A stretch of DNA of 64,000 nt from Candidatus Nomurabacteria bacterium (GTDB taxonomy: Bacteria; Patescibacteriota; Saccharimonadia; Saccharimonadales; HK-STAS-PATE-42): NCBI GenBank assembly GCA_023898665.1, contig CP060233.1:612368-676367 (forward strand), in the 5' to 3' direction. The notes beneath the pieces were generated by a model. It saw only the letters and a list, made by a program, of their open reading frames with translations. It ran no database searches and was not told the DNA's origin. Each line of letters starts with the position of its first letter. Position 1 is the first letter of the stretch. The position numbers and the translations under genes are program-made. Below, piece by piece: positions 18,949-28,895 of the stretch.

Positions 18949-19710
18949 ATGCCAACTACCACACATACAGAAACTCCAACTCTTAAAGTCAGATCTGCTG
19001 TAGAATCTGACATAAATGAACTTGTAAGACTAGAGCTGGAGACGTTTTCGGACGTATACGGAGATGAGCCAAGCAGCGAGGCAGTAAAGAGCGTTAGACA
19101 GAAATATACTGAACGTGTTGAACTGCTAGGCAGTTGGTTTACCGTCTTGGCAGATGAAAATGATAATTTATCTGGGATGCTAGTGTGCTGCACCACCTCA
19201 AACGACGATGAGTACTTCTTGGGTAATGGCGAGGAACATGATGACATGACAACTGCTGGGGCAGTTGAGACTATATATGATGCAGACGGAAAAAACTTAT
19301 ACATAGTAAACCTGGCGGTCTCCCATACTAACCAAGCCACCGCAGCTAGTAGTCTCCAACTAATACTAGATGGTATGCAACGAGCAGAAGATGAAGGTCT
19401 GAAAAAGGCTTACTTTACCAGCAGGCTACCTCTTTTCATGGAGTGGCTGGGTGAGAATGGGTATGATGGGCTAGACATGAACGACACTAAAGCTGTTACT
19501 TTACTGGCAAATGACTATATAAGAGCTACTAGAGAAGATGGTAAGCTTTATGATCCGCTATTGAATCTATATGTTAATGGTTATGGAGCTCATGTAATTA
19601 GGGCTATCCCCGAGGCCTGGATTATAGACTATCCGTCTAAAGCATTCGGCGCTGTTGGTGTTTATTACGTGGATAAGAGTGCGCGAGAAGCACACATGGG
19701 TGCTGAATAG
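18949..19710 (+). CDS. GNAT-like acetyltransferase (tentative)
   Basis: 253 aa. N-terminal LKVRSAVESDINELVRLELETF and LYIVNLAVSH resemble GNAT strands. I could not confirm a clear Q/RxxGxG/A motif. Confidence 0.4.
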   Translation: MPTTTHTETPTLKVRSAVESDINELVRLELETFSDVYGDEPSSEAVKSVRQKYTERVELLGSWFTVLADENDNLSGMLVCCTTSNDDEYFLGNGEEHDDMTTAGAVETIYDADGKNLYIVNLAVSHTNQATAASSLQLILDGMQRAEDEGLKKAYFTSRLPLFMEWLGENGYDGLDMNDTKAVTLLANDYIRATREDGKLYDPLLNLYVNGYGAHVIRAIPEAWIIDYPSKAFGAVGVYYVDKSAREAHMGAE

Positions 19711-19769
19711 GTCAATCCTTAGTGAAGAGCATAGAGCTTTTTGCTATAATTTAAGCATAAGCTTAAGTT

Positions 19770-21992
19770 ATGTCTTCTAGTCTAATTTTACCAATTGTTT
19801 TCTGTATTCTATCTATTTTTTCTGTCGGGCTAGTAATGGTAACCCACAACATAGAGAAAACCACAAAAACTTACTTCTCGCTTTCTATTATGACACTCGT
19901 ACTGTGGGTTCTGTCAGTACACTTTTCTAATACTTCCAGCTCATATGCCCTATTAATTAACAGGTTAGCCTTTTTCTTTCCCTTATTATCATTGAGTTTC
20001 TTTAGCCTGTTCATCGGTACGGCATACGGTAAGGATCTGGAGCCTGCAAAAGAGAAGACCTATGACTATTTAGCGATAATCTTTGCTACCTTTGGAAGTG
20101 TAATATCGCTAAGTGGCTTAGGAGTAGTTAAAGTAAATGAGAAGTTAGGTTCGACTGGACTGTTCCAGGGATATAGTATAGTCCCGGGAAGTCTATATTA
20201 TCTACTGTTGGCTATATTCATATCGTCAGCCATATGTCTAGGTATTAGAATTGTCTCGACATATAGGGTGGCAGGCGGGAAAAGGAGAGACTCTCTCAGA
20301 ACTGTAATAACTGGTTTGGCCGTAGCGGTGCCACTTTCAATTGTAACAAACCTCATCGGACCTCTAGTGTTCTCAGACTCATTAGTTGCTAGCACTTTAA
20401 GTAATCTTGCAATAATATTTTTTGTACTATCGGTTGCATACAGCATAATCAAGCATGCATTTCTAGACATAAGGACATCTGCCGTACGACTAGTGGGGTA
20501 TTTTTTCTCGATCGCAACTTTAGTCTTCTTATACTCACTTGTAATATACGGCATAGTGCTACCAATAGTAAGTCCGGGTGAAAAATTTAAGCCTTCCGTA
20601 TTACTCATGATTGCCCTAGGAACAGTGGGCACCATATATTTCTACGATAAGATTAAACTGCTATTTGATACAATCACTGATCGTCTTTTTTTTAAAAATG
20701 GTTATGATTTGCCAAAGTTTTTGGACGAGTTCAATCAGGCTTTGATAACTAGCAGTGATGTAGGTGAATTAAGTTCGTCAATATTCAAAGTTATGGGTGA
20801 CAATATTAAGACTGAATTTTTTGTTTTGGTAGTTAAGCATGGGAATTTTGAGATTACGATAGACAGCCGCAAACAGGAGAGTATAAGAGAGGCTGACGCC
20901 AAGGTACCATTGAGCCTGATTAACTACCATTTCAAGGGCGGCAACAGAGTTGTTTTAACTGATTATATGAATAAGGAGAAGTTCGATGGTCTGCACCAAT
21001 CTCTTACAGAGATGGATGCGTTGGCTGCAATTGATTTGAGTGAAGGTTCTAAAACTACAAGTTCATTAAAAAAAGTTCTCGCATCTGGCGATTTTAAAGC
21101 TATGTATTTAGGGCCAAAAAGAAGTGGAGAAAGTTATAATGCCCAAGATCTTGATGCGCTTAGAATTATCTCTAAAGAATTGGTGGTAGGACTGCAGAAT
21201 GCAATGAGATTCGAAGAAATTAAATTGTTTAACTTAGAGCTCCAACACAAAGTAGATTTGGCAACTGGAAAATTGAGGGATCAAAATAAAAAACTAATCT
21301 TAGCCGATGAACTAAAAGATGACTTCTTATCAATTGCATCACATCAAATGAGGACTCCAATAAGTGCAATTAACGGGTATGCTTCAATTTTAAATTCTGG
21401 AGATGCTGGTAAGCTAAATAAGAATCAGCAGAAGTTTGCAAAGATTATTGAAGAAAGCACTAAAAAGTTATCATATTTAATTAACGACTTCTTAACAGTA
21501 TCTCGATTGAAGAGTGGTAAGTTTAGCATCGAGAAGTCTGACACTAACTTAAAAACATTGCTAAAAAGTGAGGTTGAGGGACTTACAGCACAGTTTAAGT
21601 CCAAGGATGTTAAGCTTAGGGTTACAATTGATGAAAAGATCCCAAATATTCAAGCTGACGAGTCTAAGATAAGACAAGTTATGATGAATCTAATTGATAA
21701 TGCCCTCTACTATACTCCCTCTGATGGTGAGGTTAACGTAACACTGAAGAAGACTAGTCAGGGGATTGTATTCGAGGTAAGAGATAGCGGAATCGGAGTA
21801 CCAAAAGAAGATCAGCACAAACTATTTGCAAAAATGTATAGAGCAAGTAATGCTCAAAAAATGAGACCCGACGGAACTGGTCTAGGATTATACTTAGCCA
21901 AGAAAGTCATACTTGGACATCATGGGCATATTATTTTTAATAGCATTGAAGGTCAAGGAAGTACATTTGGATTTAGGATACCGACTAGGTAG
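19770..21992 (+). CDS. membrane sensor histidine kinase
   Basis: 740 aa. About 8 N-terminal TM helices, H box SHQMRTPISAINGY, N box LIDNALYYTP, and G boxes DSGIGVP and GTGLGLYLAK. Confidence 0.9.
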   Translation: MSSSLILPIVFCILSIFSVGLVMVTHNIEKTTKTYFSLSIMTLVLWVLSVHFSNTSSSYALLINRLAFFFPLLSLSFFSLFIGTAYGKDLEPAKEKTYDYLAIIFATFGSVISLSGLGVVKVNEKLGSTGLFQGYSIVPGSLYYLLLAIFISSAICLGIRIVSTYRVAGGKRRDSLRTVITGLAVAVPLSIVTNLIGPLVFSDSLVASTLSNLAIIFFVLSVAYSIIKHAFLDIRTSAVRLVGYFFSIATLVFLYSLVIYGIVLPIVSPGEKFKPSVLLMIALGTVGTIYFYDKIKLLFDTITDRLFFKNGYDLPKFLDEFNQALITSSDVGELSSSIFKVMGDNIKTEFFVLVVKHGNFEITIDSRKQESIREADAKVPLSLINYHFKGGNRVVLTDYMNKEKFDGLHQSLTEMDALAAIDLSEGSKTTSSLKKVLASGDFKAMYLGPKRSGESYNAQDLDALRIISKELVVGLQNAMRFEEIKLFNLELQHKVDLATGKLRDQNKKLILADELKDDFLSIASHQMRTPISAINGYASILNSGDAGKLNKNQQKFAKIIEESTKKLSYLINDFLTVSRLKSGKFSIEKSDTNLKTLLKSEVEGLTAQFKSKDVKLRVTIDEKIPNIQADESKIRQVMMNLIDNALYYTPSDGEVNVTLKKTSQGIVFEVRDSGIGVPKEDQHKLFAKMYRASNAQKMRPDGTGLGLYLAKKVILGHHGHIIFNSIEGQGSTFGFRIPTR

Positions 21993-22983
21993 GATATGTC
22001 CTTAACCTGATAATCCCCTCATGAGGACCAAGGTGCTGAACAACAGATGTTGAGTTTTTTGAGCCAAATTCTAATGCACTCTCAAGATCGTTTCCCAAGG
22101 CTAAATATGAGACAACTCCAGATGCAAAAGCATCACCCGCCCCAGTTCTATCAATTACTTCGACATCGTCAGATATAGGTTGGTAATACCCGATTTGACC
22201 ATCATGAGCATGAGCTCCATTTGGTCCGTCTGTTACAATGCATATTTTAACAAAGTTACAACCGTGTCTTGCAAGATCTACTGCAGAAGCCTCGCCAAAC
22301 AATATTGATGCCTCCTGTTTATTTAGTATTAAAACATCAACATCTGATTCTTGTAGCAATAGCTTAGTCTCTGCAGGATTGTCTAGTTCTATGCCTCCAG
22401 GGTTAAATGCAACCCTTACCTGATTAACTTTGGCGTACCTAAAAGCGCCCTCTAAAAGGTCTAAAGAATTGAGAGAAGATATATACAGCCATCTTGTTTC
22501 CACATCTTCTAATGTCGAAAGTAGAATCTGGTGATTAATTTCTGATCCAGGATAAGCTAGTATCGTTCTTTCTCCGTCTTTACTAAGCAGAATAGTACTA
22601 TGGCCGATCTTAACATCATCGCTAGAATAGATTAGATTATTATCTACATTCTCTGAGATCATTAAGCTTAAAAGATCATTAGATCTCGAATCTGTCCCAA
22701 CTTGAGTCAATAGTCCAACGGATAGATTCTGCCTTGCAAAAGTTAAGGAAGCGTTTAACGCATTACCTCCATAAAAAGTGTCGACGTCATCAATAGCTAA
22801 TTTTTCGCCTATCTGTATGTTCTGACGACATACTCCATGTGAGCAATATGGCTTAAAAACATCTCCGCTTAGTACATTATCCTGAACTGGTCTGCCGATA
22901 CAAACTACATCGTAGGCTAAGCTTGATCTCCTTTTTTTTATTGACCTTCTCGTAGTCATTTTTTTAGCTTTCAGCCCGACCAT
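21985..22983 (-). CDS. PfkB-family carbohydrate kinase
   Basis: 332 aa with the C-terminal PfkB signature DRTGAGDAFASG. The ATG at 22959 (MTTRRSIKK) is a likely alternative start that removes the overlap with the upstream gene. Confidence 0.85.
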   Translation of the reverse strand: MVGLKAKKMTTRRSIKKRRSSLAYDVVCIGRPVQDNVLSGDVFKPYCSHGVCRQNIQIGEKLAIDDVDTFYGGNALNASLTFARQNLSVGLLTQVGTDSRSNDLLSLMISENVDNNLIYSSDDVKIGHSTILLSKDGERTILAYPGSEINHQILLSTLEDVETRWLYISSLNSLDLLEGAFRYAKVNQVRVAFNPGGIELDNPAETKLLLQESDVDVLILNKQEASILFGEASAVDLARHGCNFVKICIVTDGPNGAHAHDGQIGYYQPISDDVEVIDRTGAGDAFASGVVSYLALGNDLESALEFGSKNSTSVVQHLGPHEGIIRLRTYPT

Positions 22984-24112
22984 CTATCTTCCAAGATCCT
23001 GTATCTGTTGAATAAACTACTCTGTAGATTTCTGTAACTGGCTGTATACTTTCAACGTTATTTCCATTTGAGTCTGGATAAACTGATATATAAGTTACAC
23101 TGGATGTTAACTTATAGTTGTCGCCATCTTTCTCTACTGTAACTATTCTGTAGCTCTTCGGGTAGAAATTAGTTCTTCTTGAAGGAGTCAAAGATGCGTA
23201 ATCATATTCTCCTTGATAACCCTTAGAAAGAGTAGCCTTTACTCCAGCCTCATTACCGTTAATATACGCTTTATAGTAAGAGTTTCCGACAGATTCTACA
23301 CTAGCTTTATCTGCAGCTTCTTTGGCTTTTGCTGCTACTTCTTCGTCTTTCTTTTTCTGTTCTTCTTCCTTCTTTTCTTTTTCTATTTCTTCCTTCTTAG
23401 ACTTAACTTGTTCTATATAGGTATCGAGATCAAAAAGATTAGGACTTATTTCTTCTTGAAGATTTCTCTGCAATCTAAATTGGTATACTTTGGATTTTAA
23501 ATCTTCTCCTTGTGAGTTTAATTTTGATAAGTCATCTTCACTAATAGAAGAAATATCAGAGTCGGTCTTAGCAAGTACTGTTGCTGAGTCTGAAAAGTAT
23601 ATTGCCATTTCTTTTGTTAAATCAGAGTATTCATTAGTTATTGAAGACTTATATACTAACGAGCTTTTTGAATCTGCATTAAAGCTTGTTGAATTTAACT
23701 TTTCGTTAAATGAGTAAAGCTCTTTTGTCAAATCTCTAGTACCCTCCAGGTTGACTTCTGATTCGACCTCTCGGTTAATTATGGAGCTTGAACTTACAAG
23801 GTCATGCCAAGAGTTTTTTATGTAGGAGTTTGCTTTAGCGGGTTGAACAACAAAGAACAAGAGTAGAATAACGGTAATTAGAACACCGACTCCGCCGCCT
23901 CCAAAAACATAAAGTTTTTTCTTTTTTGACCAGTCGCTCCAAAAATGAAGCTTATCCTTTATTTTTGATGATTTAGAAGAACCTGAATTATTTTTCGAGT
24001 TTGGTAGATTTGTTTGATCTTCGACAACCTCATCTTCATTTAAATTTTGACCATTAGATTGAGCTTCATCTACTTGGAGATATTCTTTTAGATCGTTATC
24101 TGATTTAGCCAT
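22964..24112 (-). CDS. hypothetical membrane-anchored protein with Lys/Glu-rich coiled segment
   Basis: 382 aa. Disordered N-terminus, one TM (LYVFGGGGVGVLITVILLLFFVV), a KEEIEKEKKEEEQKKKDEE stretch and a C-terminal globular part. Confidence 0.5.
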   Translation of the reverse strand: MAKSDNDLKEYLQVDEAQSNGQNLNEDEVVEDQTNLPNSKNNSGSSKSSKIKDKLHFWSDWSKKKKLYVFGGGGVGVLITVILLLFFVVQPAKANSYIKNSWHDLVSSSSIINREVESEVNLEGTRDLTKELYSFNEKLNSTSFNADSKSSLVYKSSITNEYSDLTKEMAIYFSDSATVLAKTDSDISSISEDDLSKLNSQGEDLKSKVYQFRLQRNLQEEISPNLFDLDTYIEQVKSKKEEIEKEKKEEEQKKKDEEVAAKAKEAADKASVESVGNSYYKAYINGNEAGVKATLSKGYQGEYDYASLTPSRRTNFYPKSYRIVTVEKDGDNYKLTSSVTYISVYPDSNGNNVESIQPVTEIYRVVYSTDTGSWKIDGRAES

Positions 24113-24248
24113 ATTATTTTTGGGAAATTTAGTTTAACTTATTTAAGCTTAAGCTTACTATAATTACACTTGGGGTAGCAATAGATATTAAGATAATATT
24201 TGATTGATAAATTTAATCTGTTAAAATAATAGTCAATCGGCATATAAT

Positions 24249-24887
24249 ATGGCAGGAAAAATTAAGTCAAAAATAAAAAACTCCACAAAAGAGAATACGG
24301 TGGGAGTTATTGTAGCGATTGTTGTGCTACTTACAATCCTATTGGTAGGACTTATAGCAATTAGAATTTCTCGATCAAATAATAAGCCAAGTCAGACAAC
24401 AAAGAGCTCTCAGATTGAAGAAGAGGAATCGTTTGATTTAGTCAGTAATGCTGAAAACAGTTCAGTAACTGCATATGTCGAACGAGGAGTCACCGCAGAT
24501 GAAAAACATTACTCTATATCAATGACAATTAGTGCTAATAATAGAACAATTAGAGTATTAAGAGGGTACCAAAATATCGAAGATAAAAGTGAAGGTTTAG
24601 ACAATAATATCGAAGCATATAAAACTTTCTTAAAGGCTTTGGAAAGATATGACTTTACTAAGCCTAGAGAAGACAAGAGTGGTCTAGGATGGCGAGAGGC
24701 TTGCCCTACTCAAAAAAGCTACCGATTTCAGCTTAACGATGGGTCCGATCAGAAGTTTGATCGGTGGTATACCTTCTGTAATGGAGAAAGGTTTGGAGAC
24801 TATGGTGGAAGAGTTAACTTAGTCTACACATTATTTAGAAAACAATTTCCGAACTACAACAAAGTAACTAGTGGCTTATCTTTATAA
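24249..24887 (+). CDS. hypothetical N-terminally anchored protein
   Basis: 212 aa. One TM (VGVIVAIVVLLTILLVGLIAI) and then a soluble domain. No motif recognised. Confidence 0.5.
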   Translation: MAGKIKSKIKNSTKENTVGVIVAIVVLLTILLVGLIAIRISRSNNKPSQTTKSSQIEEEESFDLVSNAENSSVTAYVERGVTADEKHYSISMTISANNRTIRVLRGYQNIEDKSEGLDNNIEAYKTFLKALERYDFTKPREDKSGLGWREACPTQKSYRFQLNDGSDQKFDRWYTFCNGERFGDYGGRVNLVYTLFRKQFPNYNKVTSGLSL

Positions 24888-24913
24888 GCTTTGGGAAGAT
24901 AGTGGTATTAAAC

Positions 24914-25102
24914 CTACTCATCAGTTCTCGTTAAGTCATGTACGCCTTCAGAAACTAAAGATATTGCGGCACATAACACTGCTCCCTTTACCAGCATGTC
25001 ACTCAATCTTCCAAGTTCTGTAGCTAACCCAAATGAGACAAGAGATGTAACTCCATAGCAATTTCTAATTATAGCACTAGACTCTGAAACAAATTCTCTC
25101 AC
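24914..25102 (-). CDS. hypothetical small protein
   Basis: 62 aa ORF immediately downstream of gatB on the same strand. There is no other support. Confidence 0.25.
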   Translation of the reverse strand: MREFVSESSAIIRNCYGVTSLVSFGLATELGRLSDMLVKGAVLCAAISLVSEGVHDLTRTDE

Positions 25103-25103
25103 T

Positions 25104-26576
25104 TTATAGTTTTGATCTTATTATTTTCTGAGCAGTTGATGGGTTAGCTTTTCCTGAACTTAGCTTCATTATTTGACCGACTAAGAATCCGATGGCTTTT
25201 TCCTCTCCGTTTTTTAGATCTTGAACCGGTTTTGGATTGTCTTGCATTACTTGCTCTACTATTTTTTCTAACTCTTCGTCATTATTAATTTGAATTAAGT
25301 TTAGCTCAGATGCTAGCTCTTCTGGATCTTGGTCCTTTTTTGCTAAGTGGTTTAGTATCTCTTTGGCCGCGGTAGAATTCAGCTTTCCTTCTTCTACCAT
25401 ATTACTTAAAGTAACTAAGCTTTTTGGATTAAACTTAATATCATTATCTTCATTTGAGTCATCTTGATCTTCTGAAGTTGAGCTAGAGAATATCTGAAGC
25501 CAATTAGCAATTCTTTTTTGATGACTAACATCTACACCAAGTTCTTTTGCTTCGATCAAAACTTTAGCAAGGTTTGGTGATTCTACTATAGTCTCCATTT
25601 GAGAATGATTTAAACCTAAAGTAGACAATAATTCTCTGATCTTTGATGGCATAGTCGGAAGCTCATCTTTTACTTCGTCAATATACTCTTGAGTTAATAC
25701 AACAGGAGGGATGTCTGGTTCGGGCATGTATCTGTAGTCGTGTGCATCTTCTTTTGACCTTTGTGAGAAAGTTTTATTCTCTGCATCGTTCCACCCACGA
25801 GTCTCTTGTACAATTTCTTCACCTTTTTCTATAATTTCTACCTGCCGTTCAAACTCGAAATTTATACAGTTTTCTACTGCCCTGAATGAGTTAAGATTTT
25901 TAATTTCTGCCCGTGTGCCGAGTCTTTTAGATCCTTTTGGAGCAATAGATATATTAACATCAAAACGCATGTTTCCATAATAGAGATTAGCGTCAGAGAC
26001 ATCTGCATACCTCATTCTTAAATTGAGTTCTCTTGCGTAGGCTTTAGCTGCTTCAGCAGAGTGAATGTCAGGCTCTGATACTATCTCGATAAGTGGAGTG
26101 CCTGCTCTATTTAAGTCTACCAGGGAATAATTTTCTCCGGTTGGATGAGTTAGTTTACCAGCATCTGCTTCTAGGTGAGCTCTCTCTATGCCCACTTTGA
26201 TTTTTTCTCCAGATCTTAAGCATACTTCTACTTCACCGGAGCCAATTATTGGCTGTTCAAACTGTGAGATTTGATATCCCATAGGTAAATCTGGATAAAA
26301 ATAATGTTTTCTATCAAACTTAGAAAATAAGTTAACCTTAGAATTTAATGCATGTCCTGCTTTAATTGCTAAATGAACTGCTTCTTTATTTAAAACTGGC
26401 AGTGTACCAGGTAAACCAAAACATATTTCTGAAACTGTAGTATTTGGCATAGCATCTCTTGCATCGTTATCAACTGGGGCAAACAATTTGGTCTTCGTTT
26501 TAAGCTGAACATGGCATTCGATACCAATAGTCATCTCATATTTGTCAGCAATTTTTGGATCTAACATTATTTCCAC
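25104..26576 (-). CDS. gatB: Asp/Glu-tRNA amidotransferase subunit B
   Basis: 490 aa. GIECHVQL, KHYFYPDLP and DLNRAGTPLIEIVSEPD motifs, plus a C-terminal GatB/YqeY tail. Confidence 0.95.
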   Translation of the reverse strand: MEIMLDPKIADKYEMTIGIECHVQLKTKTKLFAPVDNDARDAMPNTTVSEICFGLPGTLPVLNKEAVHLAIKAGHALNSKVNLFSKFDRKHYFYPDLPMGYQISQFEQPIIGSGEVEVCLRSGEKIKVGIERAHLEADAGKLTHPTGENYSLVDLNRAGTPLIEIVSEPDIHSAEAAKAYARELNLRMRYADVSDANLYYGNMRFDVNISIAPKGSKRLGTRAEIKNLNSFRAVENCINFEFERQVEIIEKGEEIVQETRGWNDAENKTFSQRSKEDAHDYRYMPEPDIPPVVLTQEYIDEVKDELPTMPSKIRELLSTLGLNHSQMETIVESPNLAKVLIEAKELGVDVSHQKRIANWLQIFSSSTSEDQDDSNEDNDIKFNPKSLVTLSNMVEEGKLNSTAAKEILNHLAKKDQDPEELASELNLIQINNDEELEKIVEQVMQDNPKPVQDLKNGEEKAIGFLVGQIMKLSSGKANPSTAQKIIRSKL

Positions 26577-27151
26577 TCTCCTGTTTCTTGGTTATAGTTC
26601 TTCCACATTTGTGAAGCAACAGGTTTAGTATCTCCAGAGTATTTAGAAGTAAGCTTATTAGAACCATAAGGTTCTTCTGCGGCTGATGAGATTTTTTCAA
26701 AAGCGATTTGTGCTATAGGCATTTTGTAATAAAGTAGAACTGGTATTTCTGCAGTGTTGTGTAATTCTAAAGTCATTTTTAGTTTATTTCCTGGGTCTAG
26801 GAAACCTGCTGTCACATGTATTAATACACCAAGTCTTCCTACTGAGCTTTTGCCCTCTAGTCTGCCAACATAGTCGTCTCCGACTCCAGTCTCTTCTAAA
26901 ATTAAGCCTAGGGCAAATTCTCCTGGATGGAGGACGAATGGCTCATTTTCTGAGATTTCGATTGGTCTCATTAAATTGTCAACAGGTTTTTTTGGATCGA
27001 TTACAGAGTTCTTTTTTGTATCGAAGACTAAAAAATGCTTATCTAAATGGAGATCATAAGATGCAGGTTGAAGGTTTTTTTCGTCATATGGAGAGACTGA
27101 AATGTAGCCACTTTCAATAGCTCTTTTTATATCTTTATCTGATAGAATCAT
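26567..27151 (-). CDS. dcd: dCTP deaminase
   Basis: 194 aa. MILSDKDIKRAIE N-terminus, GRLEGKSSVGRLG and PIAQIAF are typical of the Dcd/dUTPase fold. Confidence 0.85.
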   Translation of the reverse strand: MILSDKDIKRAIESGYISVSPYDEKNLQPASYDLHLDKHFLVFDTKKNSVIDPKKPVDNLMRPIEISENEPFVLHPGEFALGLILEETGVGDDYVGRLEGKSSVGRLGVLIHVTAGFLDPGNKLKMTLELHNTAEIPVLLYYKMPIAQIAFEKISSAAEEPYGSNKLTSKYSGDTKPVASQMWKNYNQETGEWK

Positions 27152-28551
27152 TTGATTGTCTCCTCTACTATTTCTGAGAATTCTAGTACTTTTTTATCGT
27201 CACCGTGTTTACCAATTACCTGCAAACCAACCGGCATATTCGATTCTGCACCAAGAGCTACAGGAATAGATGAAGCCGGTGAACCTATTAGGCTCGGCGC
27301 AACAGTCATGATGTCTCCTAAGTACATCTTTATTGGATCTTCTGACTCGCCAAACTTAAATGCTGTTGTTGGAACAACTGGACCGAGAAGCACATCATAT
27401 CTTTTAAATGCCTTATCAAATGCGTTTATAAGAAGTGTCCTTACCTGTTGGGCTTTTTTATAATATGCGTCGTAATAGCCGGAGGATAGAACGTAAGTCC
27501 CAATGAGTATTCTTCTTTTATTTTCTGCGTTAAAACCTTCTCGTCGGCTCTTCTCATATATTTCGTTAAGCTTAGCCGACTTATCGGTTGAGTGGCCATA
27601 TCTTATTCCATCATATCGAGCTAGATTGGATGATATTTCTGCAGGAACTATTATGTAATAAGCAGCTAATGCGTATTCAATTTCTGGGATTGAAATTTCC
27701 TCTATCTCTACTCCACTATCTTTTAATTTTTTTAGCGAGTTTTGAAGTGCATCTTTAACTTCTTTATCAATGCCTTCAGCCATAAGCTCTTTAATAACAG
27801 CTACTTTGTATTTATTAGCATTATCAAATTCTTCTAGACTTAAACTCTCAGTTTTATAAATAGTTGTAGAGTCTTTCGGATCTATACCGCTTATAATATC
27901 TACTACTTCTGCAAGGTCTTTTGTATTTGAAGAGATGACGCCGACCGTATCTGTAGAAGAAGCCATAGAGATTGCGCCACATCTTGAAACACGCCCATAG
28001 CTAGGCTTAAAACCATAGGTTCCGGTAAAGCTGGCTGGCTGGCGGATTGAGCCTCCGGTATCAGTACAAACAGAAAATGGGACAATACCTAAACCGACAG
28101 AAGCTGCTGAGCCTCCTGATGAGCCACCTGGGACTCTTTTTATATCATGTGGATTAAGGGTTTTAGTGAAGTCAGATTTCTCAGTACTAGAGCCATGCCC
28201 AAAAGAGTCCAAGTTAGCTTTAGCGATACATATAGCTCCTTCATCCTCTAACTTTTTTATAGCTGTTGCGGTATAAGGGGCTAAGAAGTTACCTAAAATA
28301 TTAGAAGCTGCCGTAGTTATAGTGCCTTCAATTAATAAGTTATCCTTTGCAATAAAAGGAATACCATAGAGCCTGCCTTTTTTGTTAGAATCTTCTAGAT
28401 CTTTAGCTCTCTTTTTTGCTATCTCAAACATATCTGAGATTGTCGAGTTAAACTGATTAGAATTTTTAAGTCTAGCAATAGCTTCTTCTACTAAATCGAT
28501 TGGCTTTTTGCCATTTTTTAATTCTTCTTTCAGATCAGCAATGGATATCAT
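27148..28551 (-). CDS. gatA: Asp/Glu-tRNA amidotransferase subunit A
   Basis: 467 aa with the amidase signature GGSSGGSAASVGLG ... TDTGGSIRQPASF. Confidence 0.95.
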   Translation of the reverse strand: MISIADLKEELKNGKKPIDLVEEAIARLKNSNQFNSTISDMFEIAKKRAKDLEDSNKKGRLYGIPFIAKDNLLIEGTITTAASNILGNFLAPYTATAIKKLEDEGAICIAKANLDSFGHGSSTEKSDFTKTLNPHDIKRVPGGSSGGSAASVGLGIVPFSVCTDTGGSIRQPASFTGTYGFKPSYGRVSRCGAISMASSTDTVGVISSNTKDLAEVVDIISGIDPKDSTTIYKTESLSLEEFDNANKYKVAVIKELMAEGIDKEVKDALQNSLKKLKDSGVEIEEISIPEIEYALAAYYIIVPAEISSNLARYDGIRYGHSTDKSAKLNEIYEKSRREGFNAENKRRILIGTYVLSSGYYDAYYKKAQQVRTLLINAFDKAFKRYDVLLGPVVPTTAFKFGESEDPIKMYLGDIMTVAPSLIGSPASSIPVALGAESNMPVGLQVIGKHGDDKKVLEFSEIVEETIK

Positions 28552-28554
28552 AAT

Positions 28555-28863
28555 TTATAATACTTTTTTTACTTTAATCTGACTTTTAAAGGTCTCTGGA
28601 GCAAGGTCAAGAAGCTCCTTAGAGCCTACTAAACCATTGTCTATAACATCTTCTCGAGTTACATTTTTATTTCCTGAAACTTGATAAGTTGGCTCAACTC
28701 CCTCTGCGTCAATTTCTTGTAGCTTTCCTATCATCGTAAGAATAGCACTAACTTCTTGTTGATATTTATCTATTTCTTCTGCGGTAAGTTCTAAAGAAGA
28801 AAGCTTAGCGAGCTTAATAATCTCTTCTTTGGAAATTTGATCTATACTTGCACTACTCATCAC
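28555..28863 (-). CDS. gatC: Asp/Glu-tRNA amidotransferase subunit C
   Basis: 102 aa. KLAKLSSLELTAEEIDKYQQEVSAIL matches the GatC pattern, and it is the first gene of the gatC-gatA-dcd-gatB string. Confidence 0.85.
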   Translation of the reverse strand: MMSSASIDQISKEEIIKLAKLSSLELTAEEIDKYQQEVSAILTMIGKLQEIDAEGVEPTYQVSGNKNVTREDVIDNGLVGSKELLDLAPETFKSQIKVKKVL

Positions 28864-28895
28864 CTTAATTATACTATATGTGGATAAGATATATT

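Noticed and set aside
23330-23420. Apparent tandem DNA repeat (ttcttc/ttttct runs)
   Set aside because: It is the antisense of a Lys/Glu-rich low-complexity coding stretch (KEEIEKEKKEEEQKKKDEE) in the 22964..24112 gene. It is not a discrete repeat element or a CRISPR array.
28878-28886. Perfect DnaA box (TGTGGATAA, the complement of TTATCCACA), and the rpmH-rnpA locus at 44650..45229, as possible signs of oriC
   Set aside because: There is only a single box, which is about what chance predicts for a 9-mer in 64 kb on both strands. No dnaA or dnaN gene is present, and no box cluster lies near rpmH.
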